Below the pieces are notes generated by a model, which saw nothing but the letters and a program-made list of their open reading frames with translations, was not told where the DNA came from and did not search any database. From contig CAZPWM010000014.1 in NCBI GenBank assembly GCA_964590575.1, forward strand, positions 1 through 51,049: DNA of 51,049 nt, given 5' to 3'. The position numbers and the translations under genes were made by a program. Within the stretch, counting starts at the first letter, position 1. The number at the start of each line of letters is the position of its first letter. The stretch comes from an uncultured archaeon. GTDB taxonomy: Archaea > Asgardarchaeota > Thorarchaeia > Thorarchaeales > Thorarchaeaceae. Below, in pieces: positions 10,456 to 20,132 of the stretch.

Positions 10456-11829
10456 TTACTCGTTTATTCCCCACGGGGGTAGTGTCAATGCTGCAGTCAC
10501 AATGTTTTCTGGATATAGCAGACCTCCAGTTGAAACGGCTTCCTTAACACCATCCGCCTGCCATTGAGTGAATAGCGTAAAGCTATAATTCGGGCCTAGT
10601 AACAGATCATGACTTATTGTGAAAGCATCGTTTCCACCTGAAACTTCAAATGGATTAGCACGGTTCATCAATTCTAAATGTGGTACAATTAGAGTCGAGT
10701 TGAATGACTGTGCTCTGTGAATACCTTCTGCCAAAATGTACATAGCATCATAGCTTCCCACTGCGGTATAAAGTGGCTCTGAATTATAATGGTCGAGAAA
10801 TGCATCCCAGAATGGAATTGTCTTTGAAGTCTTGTTTGTACGAAGTGTTGATTGCAATACGACTTCATACTCGCAGGCACCGCCAGTCTCACCCCAGTAG
10901 GTGTCAAGTTGTGCCATCACATCAATCCCAGCAATAATACATTTTGCTTCAGCTTGAGCATATTGTGTGGTCATCAGGATTCCGCCCTGGGCGGATATGA
11001 TTGGAATCGTAATCTGCGCTCCAGCAGCATCAATCTGCGACCAATACGTAGCAAAGTCTGCAGCCTCAGCTGTGATCGGGTATGCAACCTCTTTCACTAC
11101 TGAGAGACCGTACAAGGGCAGGTACCCATTCAGGAATGCACTCATGCCTTCTGTCCAGTCTAAACCTTCACGGATGATCGCAACCTTTGTTATATTCTCG
11201 CCCGTTACTGCAGTCAGATAGCCATCCAGATACGCTATGTACGTTAACAGCGATCTTGCCAATGATGTTGAGTTAATTGGCATAGTACGGAAGAAGTACT
11301 GGTACCTATCATAATCATCAATCACATTCTGACAGAATACATCAGTAGAAGCGCCCGTTCCAAAGAAGAGCATCTTCTCATCCATTATGAGTTCTTCATA
11401 TGCTAGTACAGATTCGGTTCTGAATCCACCTATAATGTATTGGGCATTATCTTCTGTGATTATTTTCGTTGCAGCCGCAGTCCCTTTAGTTAAATCAAGT
11501 TCAGTGTCACTTTCAGACGTGTCTTCGGAAATAATTCCGAAGTAATACGTTTCGCCACCGACTACAACACCACCAGCGGTGTTAATCTCATCGCAAGCCA
11601 AATAGGATCCGTACCAAGTTCCTTCACCTTGTATTTCGGTCATAGGATCTAAGATTCCTACTATGATAATATGGTCACTTGGAGTTCCAGCAGGAGCGCC
11701 AGGAGTGACTAACTGTCCTACGACTACTGCGCCATATGCGCCTGGTGGTAGAAACATAAAGCCAACAACAGCAATAGCTCCTATTATAATGACGATGATA
11801 ACTACGGCGACAATTTGCTTAGTTTCCAT
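10456..11829 (-). CDS. LivK-like substrate-binding protein with N-terminal membrane anchor
   Basis: Hydrophobic N-terminus, EINTAGGV, IIGGFRTE and YFFR. It is the first gene of the operon, and the METKQ start is preferred. Confidence 0.88.
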   Translation of the reverse strand: METKQIVAVVIIVIIIGAIAVVGFMFLPPGAYGAVVVGQLVTPGAPAGTPSDHIIIVGILDPMTEIQGEGTWYGSYLACDEINTAGGVVVGGETYYFGIISEDTSESDTELDLTKGTAAATKIITEDNAQYIIGGFRTESVLAYEELIMDEKMLFFGTGASTDVFCQNVIDDYDRYQYFFRTMPINSTSLARSLLTYIAYLDGYLTAVTGENITKVAIIREGLDWTEGMSAFLNGYLPLYGLSVVKEVAYPITAEAADFATYWSQIDAAGAQITIPIISAQGGILMTTQYAQAEAKCIIAGIDVMAQLDTYWGETGGACEYEVVLQSTLRTNKTSKTIPFWDAFLDHYNSEPLYTAVGSYDAMYILAEGIHRAQSFNSTLIVPHLELMNRANPFEVSGGNDAFTISHDLLLGPNYSFTLFTQWQADGVKEAVSTGGLLYPENIVTAALTLPPWGINE

Positions 11830-12026
11830 AGATTTCTCTCCTTCATCTCTCCCTACTTTTTGAGATGTGGTCATCATTAACATGTGAGGCGCTATTTAAG
11901 TATTGGTTAAATTCGCTTTACCTTAAAGTACGGAAATTATCAAAACTTAAGCATAACCTTGCCTTTTCGATAGTTTCTTACGTGTATAATTGACCTGCTA
12001 ATGATGAGTGCAATTTCGTTGACAGT

Positions 12027-13460
12027 TTAGTCCTCGCATATACCAGCTAGGTATTTCGCCATCTTCTTTCTCAAATCAATATCATACCCTTTCAAGATGG
12101 CTACGTCCTCCATCGCAGGGCTTCCTCCTCCATGGAGACCTGCAACTGCAGTAACTCCTCCAATGGAAGAACACAACATATCAGAAAGAACTCGATAGAG
12201 CTTGTATATATCTTCGGCTGGAACATCTTCTTTCCGCTTGATATATTTCTGGAGAAGTGGCCCGATTGTTTCATCGTAAAAGTCTGCTTCGTGAGGGAGC
12301 GTTGCAGGGAGTCCACCCGCCAGATCAGCCAGAATTTCGAGTTCATGGTAGTAGTTCTTTCCAGCATGCTTTCGACCGACGTTGCAAAACACAGCATCTG
12401 GAATCATTGTTCCAGAATCATCCTTAGTTGCTTTATACGCGGCTGCAATTCCCGAAGCATAGACAAGCTCACTTACACTAATCAACTCTGCAAGTTTAGA
12501 CTGTACATGTTTTTTATCTTCAATACCACTGTATTCACTGATTAGCGCACCGAAACCTAGTATAAGCTCAGTACTTGCGGGTTTACATCCAGTGTAGCTG
12601 TGCCTATGATAAAGAGCGAATAGGAGTGCAGTCCATCCTCCAAACGCATGTTCACCTTTACCTCCACCAAGAAAGATTCGATCATTAGGAATAAATACAT
12701 CATCAAAGATAACGAAATTCTCCACATCTCCAAAATCGCCAGCGGGACAGGAGAAATGTTCACGCTTATGGCTCGATGCTCGCGTAACGAGCTTGACACC
12801 ATCCCAATCACCGGGAATAGCAAAAGCAACAGCATACTCGTCCTCCTCCGGAGTCAGCATTCGTGTAGGCACCACAATTATCTCCTCCGCAACCGCTGCG
12901 GCTGTAATGTGATTCTTTGCGCCTCGTACAACTATGCCATCATCACGATGCTCTATAACGCGAAGATATAGGTCAGGATCCGCTTGCTCGTGGGGTCTCA
13001 GAGCACGATTTCCCTTGACATCAGTCTGCGCACAGCTACCCACGATATCATTTTCCTGCCAGTATTTCAGATACTTCAAGAATCGCTGGTTATAGGGTTG
13101 ACCAGTCATTGCTTCAGCTCGATGAGTTATGATGGACAATGCATTCATTGCATCGATACCCATGCAACGAAAGACACATCCTCCAGTTAGACGACAAATT
13201 TTTCTAGTAAGTTCCTGCTTCTTCAGAAGATCATCAACACTTTGATGAATGTGTGTGAAGCGATTAATCGTACCAAATTCCTTGGATTCCACATTGAGGA
13301 AATCCTTGAAATCAGGGTCATGAACCTTATCCAGGGTAAGCGCCATTATCTTAGCAACCGCTAGCAATCGTGGATCATCACGACCGACGGTTTTGCCATC
13401 AATGATCACATTGGGTTTCATCTGGAAAATTTTCTGTAGATATTCCTCTCCAGTCTTCAT
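12027..13460 (-). CDS. abfD: 4-hydroxybutyryl-CoA dehydratase/vinylacetyl-CoA isomerase family (HpaB fold)
   Basis: Fe-S ligand motifs CVFRC and HRHSYTGC, plus TDVKGNR, DLYLRV and HGGGSP. Confidence 0.8.
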   Translation of the reverse strand: MKTGEEYLQKIFQMKPNVIIDGKTVGRDDPRLLAVAKIMALTLDKVHDPDFKDFLNVESKEFGTINRFTHIHQSVDDLLKKQELTRKICRLTGGCVFRCMGIDAMNALSIITHRAEAMTGQPYNQRFLKYLKYWQENDIVGSCAQTDVKGNRALRPHEQADPDLYLRVIEHRDDGIVVRGAKNHITAAAVAEEIIVVPTRMLTPEEDEYAVAFAIPGDWDGVKLVTRASSHKREHFSCPAGDFGDVENFVIFDDVFIPNDRIFLGGGKGEHAFGGWTALLFALYHRHSYTGCKPASTELILGFGALISEYSGIEDKKHVQSKLAELISVSELVYASGIAAAYKATKDDSGTMIPDAVFCNVGRKHAGKNYYHELEILADLAGGLPATLPHEADFYDETIGPLLQKYIKRKEDVPAEDIYKLYRVLSDMLCSSIGGVTAVAGLHGGGSPAMEDVAILKGYDIDLRKKMAKYLAGICED

Positions 13461-13774
13461 TATAATCAACCATACTGCACTTGTCTCTCTGATACTTAAC
13501 TCATACGGAGCTAGTGCAGGATCGTAGGTTTAGCTCTAAGTGATGCTATACTGGAAGTGTAGGATTATCATCTTACCTCTCGAATGTTACTGATTTGAGT
13601 TAGGTCTTAACACAGATGAAGGTTTCAAAACTCAACCAGAAGTCGGGTTGTGATCTTTGCGATGCATCAAATGCAGATTAGATGATATTGCTATAGAAAC
13701 AAAGAATGGTCATATGCATTAATGAATGACATGTATGTACCGTAATAGATCGTACAACATGGAAGGTTTCACCT

Positions 13775-14665
13775 GTGGAGAAAGAGGTCACAATATACAA
13801 CTTTTGTCCTTGTTTCAAAGACTTTGAGGGCGAGTTGATTTGTATAAATGATGACAGTCTCATCGACATCGAACACTCAATCTTCGCAGCAGATATCCTC
13901 AACCAAGATGCGACACTCGATTTGGTGAAGCAGTTTGAAATTGGTGACGGGCGAACATGTTACTCTTCTATATACACTTACAATGGCCACACCTACTGCT
14001 CCTCTCAAGGATGGAAGATACGCATCCATAAGGAGGACATCAAGTCGGATATGTTGATGCAGTCAATCAGACTCTACGCAATTGGACCCACTGAGATCAC
14101 AGTTGACTGCGCCTCCTGCATTTATGGAATCCTTCTTGCTCTTGTTCTGTCTCAAGACCAAGCGTCTGTCAAGCGATACCTCGACGAGTTCTCTATGAAG
14201 GTCGCAGTGAAATTCACAGAGTTGGAGCTCGATGAAATTGATGAATCAGTGCCTTATTTCGAGATTGTACAAAAATATCTGGTGAAACTGTTAGAGGATC
14301 AATATTACTGGCAGGATGTTCATAAGAATTTGATTGAGCAGGAAGAACCTGAAGCCTTGATTGAACTTGTCAACAAAATGGAGATTCTTAACAGATTACA
14401 ATTCCTATTTTATAGCCAAGTACTCAACATTCGAAGTATAGATAATTCAAGGATTCTTGTGCGAATGCTATCTCACATCCTTCGCACATCAAGAAATATT
14501 CTTGACCTGAACGGAAATATTCACTCATTGATTGCTTCAGACTCTGTAGGTGGATACGGTGAAGATGAAGTCCTCATTGCAAAGATAGAGGAGTACATGG
14601 AAAAGAGTAGGACCCTGGATCACTTTTTTGGAAACATCGCTGATATCATGAAGGGTGGTTCCTAG
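13775..14665 (+). CDS. Hypothetical protein
   Basis: 296-aa ORF with protein-like composition and no recognised motif. Confidence 0.7.
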   Translation: MEKEVTIYNFCPCFKDFEGELICINDDSLIDIEHSIFAADILNQDATLDLVKQFEIGDGRTCYSSIYTYNGHTYCSSQGWKIRIHKEDIKSDMLMQSIRLYAIGPTEITVDCASCIYGILLALVLSQDQASVKRYLDEFSMKVAVKFTELELDEIDESVPYFEIVQKYLVKLLEDQYYWQDVHKNLIEQEEPEALIELVNKMEILNRLQFLFYSQVLNIRSIDNSRILVRMLSHILRTSRNILDLNGNIHSLIASDSVGGYGEDEVLIAKIEEYMEKSRTLDHFFGNIADIMKGGS

Positions 14666-14762
14666 TATTCTCAACACCACTAGATCAAACTTCATGCTGT
14701 AAACTATCTCCTTATTATTAGAAGTTCTATCAATCCCTCAGGAATCTAGAGGTTGTTGAATA

Positions 14763-15131
14763 TTGATTAGTGAAGAATTAAAGATTCGAGTATTTGTTGA
14801 ATCGGAATCAAGAACAATCCATGCAGCTGATATGGACACCATAGGACATCCAATGTGCTCAAGTACTAATACCTCAGATTGGGGAAATGCCCTAGGAAAG
14901 GCTAGTAGAGCTCTACCCCAAGACCATAGTATTTTGGTGGATGCGGCTTCAAGAGATGCTGAGCGACTAGGACTAAGTCTGGAAATTGTTGATATCTCAA
15001 ACTATAGCTTCTTTCAGAAACGTAAAATGAAAGAACTGATTCCGAGAATTGAGATAGGTGAAGAAACTCTTACAGGACGTCCTACTTCTGATGAGATAGT
15101 TGAACAATTGAAATCATCTATCACTGCTTAG
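14763..15131 (+). CDS. Hypothetical protein, possible thioredoxin-like fold
   Basis: C-terminal LEIVDI...IPRIEIG..LTGRPT resembles the cis-Pro region of glutaredoxins. Only one Cys is present. Confidence 0.55.
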   Translation: MISEELKIRVFVESESRTIHAADMDTIGHPMCSSTNTSDWGNALGKASRALPQDHSILVDAASRDAERLGLSLEIVDISNYSFFQKRKMKELIPRIEIGEETLTGRPTSDEIVEQLKSSITA

Positions 15132-15137
15132 ATTAGA

Positions 15138-15600
15138 TTATTTCGAGGGTTCGACTCTCCGGTATAAGATTGAGATGAATATCAGCAACAATACAGAAAC
15201 ACCTAGAATCTCCAAGTATAGAGAAGGCATTCCAATGTGAAATAATGGCTCGTACACTGAGGGAATGAGCGCAACACCAAAGAAAGATGCTGAGGTCACA
15301 ACACCCGCAAGAACACCTCTTCGTTCAGGGGAAATGATCTGACTATAAGTAATCATCAGAGGAAACAGAATGCCTCCCGCCCATCCAACTAGTACAAGAG
15401 CCAGACCAACCATGGGAAATGCATCAAGTATTGTAATATCTCCAATTAGGAGAAACAAGAAAATAGACGAAAATAGCGGTATAATACCAACTACGATTGA
15501 GAACCCATATCCTCTACTTCGAATTATTGGACCTAGTAGTATTCCAGCTGCTGCTCCAAAAATCCCTGCAAATAGAAGGATGAGTCCAATACTAGACTCT
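15138..15600 (-). pseudogene. C-terminal fragment of an MFS transporter
   Basis: The frame continues upstream of the called ORF (ESSIGLILLFAGIFGAAAGILLGPIIRSRG) to an in-frame TGA at about 15600 with no start codon. SPERRGVLAG is an MFS loop motif. Confidence 0.75.
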
Positions 15601-15852
15601 CACAACACCAGTCAATCCGCGTGATGTCCAAATCATAGTGCCAAGAGCATGTCAAAGAAGAAATCATCAAGGAATTGTTCAAGAACTCTACATTCATGAT
15701 TTATATAGTTCTTTAAGATTCTCATCATCAATCATTTACAATTGGGAAAATTGAATTCAGACATCTAAGGCAGGTTTCACCATGTCGCATAATGTGATAA
15801 TATTGCTATTTTCATTAATATCATGAAAATAAAAGGCAGGTTGTAATTTAGG

Positions 15853-16464
15853 ATGAGAATGAGGAGTAAGAAGCTGATACTTTTCCTTGTTGCGATACTA
15901 GGCTTATCCATGGGGACGATTCTTGCAATCGTTCCAGGAATTGTAGCTTTGAGCATAGGTCTTCCGAATGCTATTGTACTCCTTATTTTTGGAGGTATTA
16001 CATATGCGTGTTCGATACAAATAGCGTTTATAATAAGAGATCAATTTGAGGAAATAAGAGTTGACCCAAAACCAGATGCTGTTGTTAGGGTGATAGCAAT
16101 TGATGATGAAGCAGACATCTTGCAACTTATCCGTATGAAATTGTCCAAAGAAGGGTTCGATGTGTCCACAGCCTCAAATGGTGATGAGGGTATCGAGAAA
16201 GTACTTCGTGACAAACCTGATGTTATGATTGTAGATATACTGATGCCGGGAAAAGACGGATATCAAGTAGTAACTGAAGTGAAGGCAAGACTTCGAGAAG
16301 ACTCTCCTGTTACAATAATGCTAACTTCAAAGACGGAAGATGCAGATATGGTTAAGGGGCTATCCATGGGTGTAGATGATTACATCACGAAACCATTTAG
16401 TCCAAGAGAATTAATTGAGAGAATAAATGTGGCCCTCATAAAAGGCGCTAAGGAGAATAAGTGA
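15853..16464 (+). CDS. Response regulator receiver with two N-terminal transmembrane helices
   Basis: IDDE, VDILMPGKDG (phospho-Asp), LTS and YITKPF. The first ~60 aa are hydrophobic and there is no output domain. Confidence 0.9.
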   Translation: MRMRSKKLILFLVAILGLSMGTILAIVPGIVALSIGLPNAIVLLIFGGITYACSIQIAFIIRDQFEEIRVDPKPDAVVRVIAIDDEADILQLIRMKLSKEGFDVSTASNGDEGIEKVLRDKPDVMIVDILMPGKDGYQVVTEVKARLREDSPVTIMLTSKTEDADMVKGLSMGVDDYITKPFSPRELIERINVALIKGAKENK

Positions 16465-16482
16465 GATAGTGGAGGATTAGGT

Positions 16483-19400
16483 TTGGAAGATGAAATCGAC
16501 GAATCCGACACTGACGTACCAATTGAGGGTGAAACAATGCCCTTAATGGAACCAGTAACACGAATCCATTTTGACCGTGACAGTCTCCCAATAAGATCCG
16601 TACAATATTGGCGAGCTCAATCTTTTGCTTCAAGAATTCATAGAGATTTCACTGAGAGTTTTAAAACTGGAAACATTGCTATGATGAAAGGCTGCTTTTA
16701 TGCCTTGGCGGACTTTTATGAACTAACATTAAAATTAATGAGACATTCGCTTCTTAATGGGAATTCTGAATTAATGGTGTCTTCTCTAAGAAGTCTAATT
16801 GCGCTCAATGCACCACTTCATGAGATGCATAATAAGGCACCAAATACAATACCATTCCCATTGACTTTAGATGAAACTCTATTGAAGTCATTAATATCCG
16901 ACCTCATCATTAAAGCATTTGAGGAATCAGACAGAACCCTCGAGGAATCGAAACTAGTAGAAGATGTAAATCAACATATCTTCGTGCAGGAAATTGCAAC
17001 TTTAGTTATCAAAAAGCAGCTTCTCGAGTTAGTAGAGAAAGGGCACTTAATGAAGACAGACACAAGCTATACAAGAACAAAACGAACATATATACACTCA
17101 AATTTAGATGATACAAGTCTTCAGTCTTTTCTAGGTCCAGAACTCTATAAAGAATTTCAGATGGGGGGTTTTCCAGGTGTTTCTAATATTATAAACCGTA
17201 GAAAATCATTTCATAAATTCTTCGAGAAACTCACTTCATTTGGAGAGTCAATCACGGACATGTTCGTTTCTGCATTGATTGATCTTCTTCTTTCAGAAAC
17301 TATGAAATCAAAATATAGTGCGTGGTCTCACTTTAATCTGATTGGTTCAGCGATTCCACGGCCATATCAACGTGACGCATTCACGATTTTTCGAGGGTAT
17401 GGATATCAAGGGCAGCTAATTGAAGCGCCGACAGGTTCAGGAAAAACACTCATTGGTATGATGGCAATTCAAGATTGGATGACATCAATGTCATCAGGTG
17501 AGTCTATACTAATTCTAGTACCAACAGTTAATTACGAACAACAATGGATTCGAGAATTATGCTATAAATCCATAGGACTCCAACTTCCACCTGATGATGT
17601 ATATGCAGGCACACCGATTGATTATGAATCAAATAAGAAGGAGTTAGACTCCTCTCCACCTATTCTTATCATGACATATCAATCTCTTGCTCAGTTAGGG
17701 TCTTCAAAAGGGAAAGGGGGGTTTGATACCAATTCCATCGAAAAATTCCTTCAGGGTAGCAACATCCGGTATGTGATTTTAGACGAAGTTCATAAGGTTG
17801 TCGCTAATTATGATAGTGTTTCAACAGAGATTACGAAATTATTCCTAGAATGGTTGCATGACGGAAGTATAGATGGGCTCATTGGTTTCACTGGAACAGC
17901 AGTAGCATTCAGGCAACGATTTCAAGATTTAGGATTGCAACTGGTCTATACTCTGTCGTCAGCTGAATTGATAGCATATGGCTTTGTTGCTCCATTTGCT
18001 GAGTTTGGGTTTCCATTTACTCATTCTAATAGAGAAAGAACTATACTCGCTCTTCTTGATGCCTATAAATCGTCAATACGTGAATTCATTGATATTCTAG
18101 GTTCAGTGAATTTGAGAACAGTATTTAGTCAGATACCCTTGGAAAAACAGATTACCATTGGTCGGGATATTTTGGGAATCTATTCAGGAAGAGCGGACCA
18201 AGAGATTGCATTAACAGAGCGCTATCACAGTTGGGAAAGCGGCGAAGATTTGAATTTCTATGAATGGCAGCTGATTAGCATAATTCAGATTGCCGAGAAT
18301 TTATCTGATTCTGATCTTCTTGAGAAAATGATAGTTGATCTCCCAATCAATGAACAATATGAGAGAAAGAGTAGATTCACAGTAATGTTAGATTTGTTGA
18401 TGAAATTGCGGCAAGAATTCGTCAGTCTGTTAATTTCTCCAGATATCACATATCGCCTTGAAATGCAAGATTTTGGAAAAAAGTTAGATACAAAATCACT
18501 ATATAAAATTGCTAGTTCAAAGCGATCAAAGACCAAAATACGAGATAAAATCAGAGATCTTCTATCAACTACAATCCTAGGCCTTTACATATCTCTAAGT
18601 AGTTACCACTATCGAATGGGCGAAGGACTTGTAGAATCAGTGAATTCGATAATTAAAGCAGAAAGAGCTGTAAGAAGGCTAGATGCTGTAATTGTTTTTG
18701 GTAAAAGTAAACGTATTCGATGGGAGGAAGGACCTGCTAATCCAGGATACGCAGGTGTAGCTGGTATTTTTGCTCAATTACTAAACCAACGTGGACTCTA
18801 TCCTATTGCTGTACTTTCAAGTGAAATATATCTTCGTTGGACACAGAAAAATCAGACTCCACAACGAATTGCAGATTACATAAAAGAGGACATTATGAAG
18901 AATGAATTGGGGGATATTCTATTTAGACTCCTGACAACGGGGTTGGATCTTTCTCCAGAGAATAGCAGTGAATTCAAAGAATTGTTTGATTCTGTTTTAA
19001 TGAAATATGCCAATAGACTTACTTCGATAGGAGCAATAAGACCTGCGGAATTTGTAAAAGAAGTTCTTAAGCCACTTCAAAAATCGTTGCCCGGATTAAT
19101 AGAAAAAGATGATATTCCTAAACTTATATCAAGATTGAGTTTAAAAAATCGTCACGTGCAGAAATGGATAACTGATTTCTACAATTATGGAATCATCGCA
19201 TCTCGCTTCGTGAAAGCTCCGACAGCAGAATTGTACCAAGCATCTGGTAAAAAAATGAAATTCTTTGTTGTGAAAATGCCTCAGGGAGAAATGAAGCAAC
19301 TCATGTATGATTTAGCTGGTCGAATAGTTGATGAAGAAAAACTGGGAATCAATGTTATAATTGTATCAAATTGGGCGAGAACTGGATGGAATGTTATTAG

Positions 19401-20091
19401 ACCAAATCTCCTCATAGATACAACAGCAACACGAAATGTAACCGCATGGCAACAACTTCGAGGAAGAGCCATGAGAGCCACGTCTACTTGGGATAAAAAG
19501 TGCTATGAAGCAGTGATGCTTCTAGTAGGTTCAAAAATTGGAGATTTTGTTGAGCAAACTGGTGACTTCAGTGAAGCTGGTGAGGATCAGCATGGTCAAG
19601 AATACAAGCTATTGGACAAGGCTACTATCAACCTATTCTTGCAGATTCATAACGAGGCTAGGCAAATAAGTAACTACAGTCCGAAATACAACCTAACAAG
19701 AAAAATCATGCAAGGGGACTTGAAACAATTCTTGGATGATGAGCGAGAACAACTTGCTATTGAAATGATGGTGGTCCGGAACAAGGTGACACATATTTAT
19801 GAGCTTATCAAGGCATATGGAAGCTCAATCCAAATAAGTCAAAACAGACAAACAAAGGTGTGGAGCAGAATTGATTCAATTGCTGCCAAACATTCCTCTC
19901 AGTATTCTGTCAATCCATTTTCAGGCGAATATTGCAAAGGTGAAGGTCATACACCTCTAGTTTATTGGAAAGATCCGAGAGAGTATTCACCAGAAAAATT
20001 GAAGGTATATTTAACATCAAAACTGAGAGGCTGCGATCCTAGGATTATTCAAGGGTGGTTTGATGCGGTCATCTCAGGAAGAGGAAACTAA
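16483..20091 (+). CDS. Large SF2 DExH helicase/ATPase (Res/XPB-like)
   Basis: PRPYQ, APTGSGKT, LVPT, DEVH, FTGT, ARTGWN (motif V) and QLRGRAMR (motif VI). Confidence 0.88.
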   Translation: MEDEIDESDTDVPIEGETMPLMEPVTRIHFDRDSLPIRSVQYWRAQSFASRIHRDFTESFKTGNIAMMKGCFYALADFYELTLKLMRHSLLNGNSELMVSSLRSLIALNAPLHEMHNKAPNTIPFPLTLDETLLKSLISDLIIKAFEESDRTLEESKLVEDVNQHIFVQEIATLVIKKQLLELVEKGHLMKTDTSYTRTKRTYIHSNLDDTSLQSFLGPELYKEFQMGGFPGVSNIINRRKSFHKFFEKLTSFGESITDMFVSALIDLLLSETMKSKYSAWSHFNLIGSAIPRPYQRDAFTIFRGYGYQGQLIEAPTGSGKTLIGMMAIQDWMTSMSSGESILILVPTVNYEQQWIRELCYKSIGLQLPPDDVYAGTPIDYESNKKELDSSPPILIMTYQSLAQLGSSKGKGGFDTNSIEKFLQGSNIRYVILDEVHKVVANYDSVSTEITKLFLEWLHDGSIDGLIGFTGTAVAFRQRFQDLGLQLVYTLSSAELIAYGFVAPFAEFGFPFTHSNRERTILALLDAYKSSIREFIDILGSVNLRTVFSQIPLEKQITIGRDILGIYSGRADQEIALTERYHSWESGEDLNFYEWQLISIIQIAENLSDSDLLEKMIVDLPINEQYERKSRFTVMLDLLMKLRQEFVSLLISPDITYRLEMQDFGKKLDTKSLYKIASSKRSKTKIRDKIRDLLSTTILGLYISLSSYHYRMGEGLVESVNSIIKAERAVRRLDAVIVFGKSKRIRWEEGPANPGYAGVAGIFAQLLNQRGLYPIAVLSSEIYLRWTQKNQTPQRIADYIKEDIMKNELGDILFRLLTTGLDLSPENSSEFKELFDSVLMKYANRLTSIGAIRPAEFVKEVLKPLQKSLPGLIEKDDIPKLISRLSLKNRHVQKWITDFYNYGIIASRFVKAPTAELYQASGKKMKFFVVKMPQGEMKQLMYDLAGRIVDEEKLGINVIIVSNWARTGWNVIRPNLLIDTTATRNVTAWQQLRGRAMRATSTWDKKCYEAVMLLVGSKIGDFVEQTGDFSEAGEDQHGQEYKLLDKATINLFLQIHNEARQISNYSPKYNLTRKIMQGDLKQFLDDEREQLAIEMMVVRNKVTHIYELIKAYGSSIQISQNRQTKVWSRIDSIAAKHSSQYSVNPFSGEYCKGEGHTPLVYWKDPREYSPEKLKVYLTSKLRGCDPRIIQGWFDAVISGRGN

Positions 20092-20132
20092 TAATTTGAC
20101 ATATTGTATCAGGTATAAGGAAGGGAGAATCT

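Noticed and set aside
12027-13460. Evidence for autotrophic 3HP/4HB or DC/4HB carbon fixation
   Set aside because: AbfD homologues are common in fermentative anaerobes, no other cycle genes are here, and the context is substrate uptake.
16483-20091. Type I/III restriction-modification system
   Set aside because: No methyltransferase or specificity gene is adjacent and no nuclease motif is evident.
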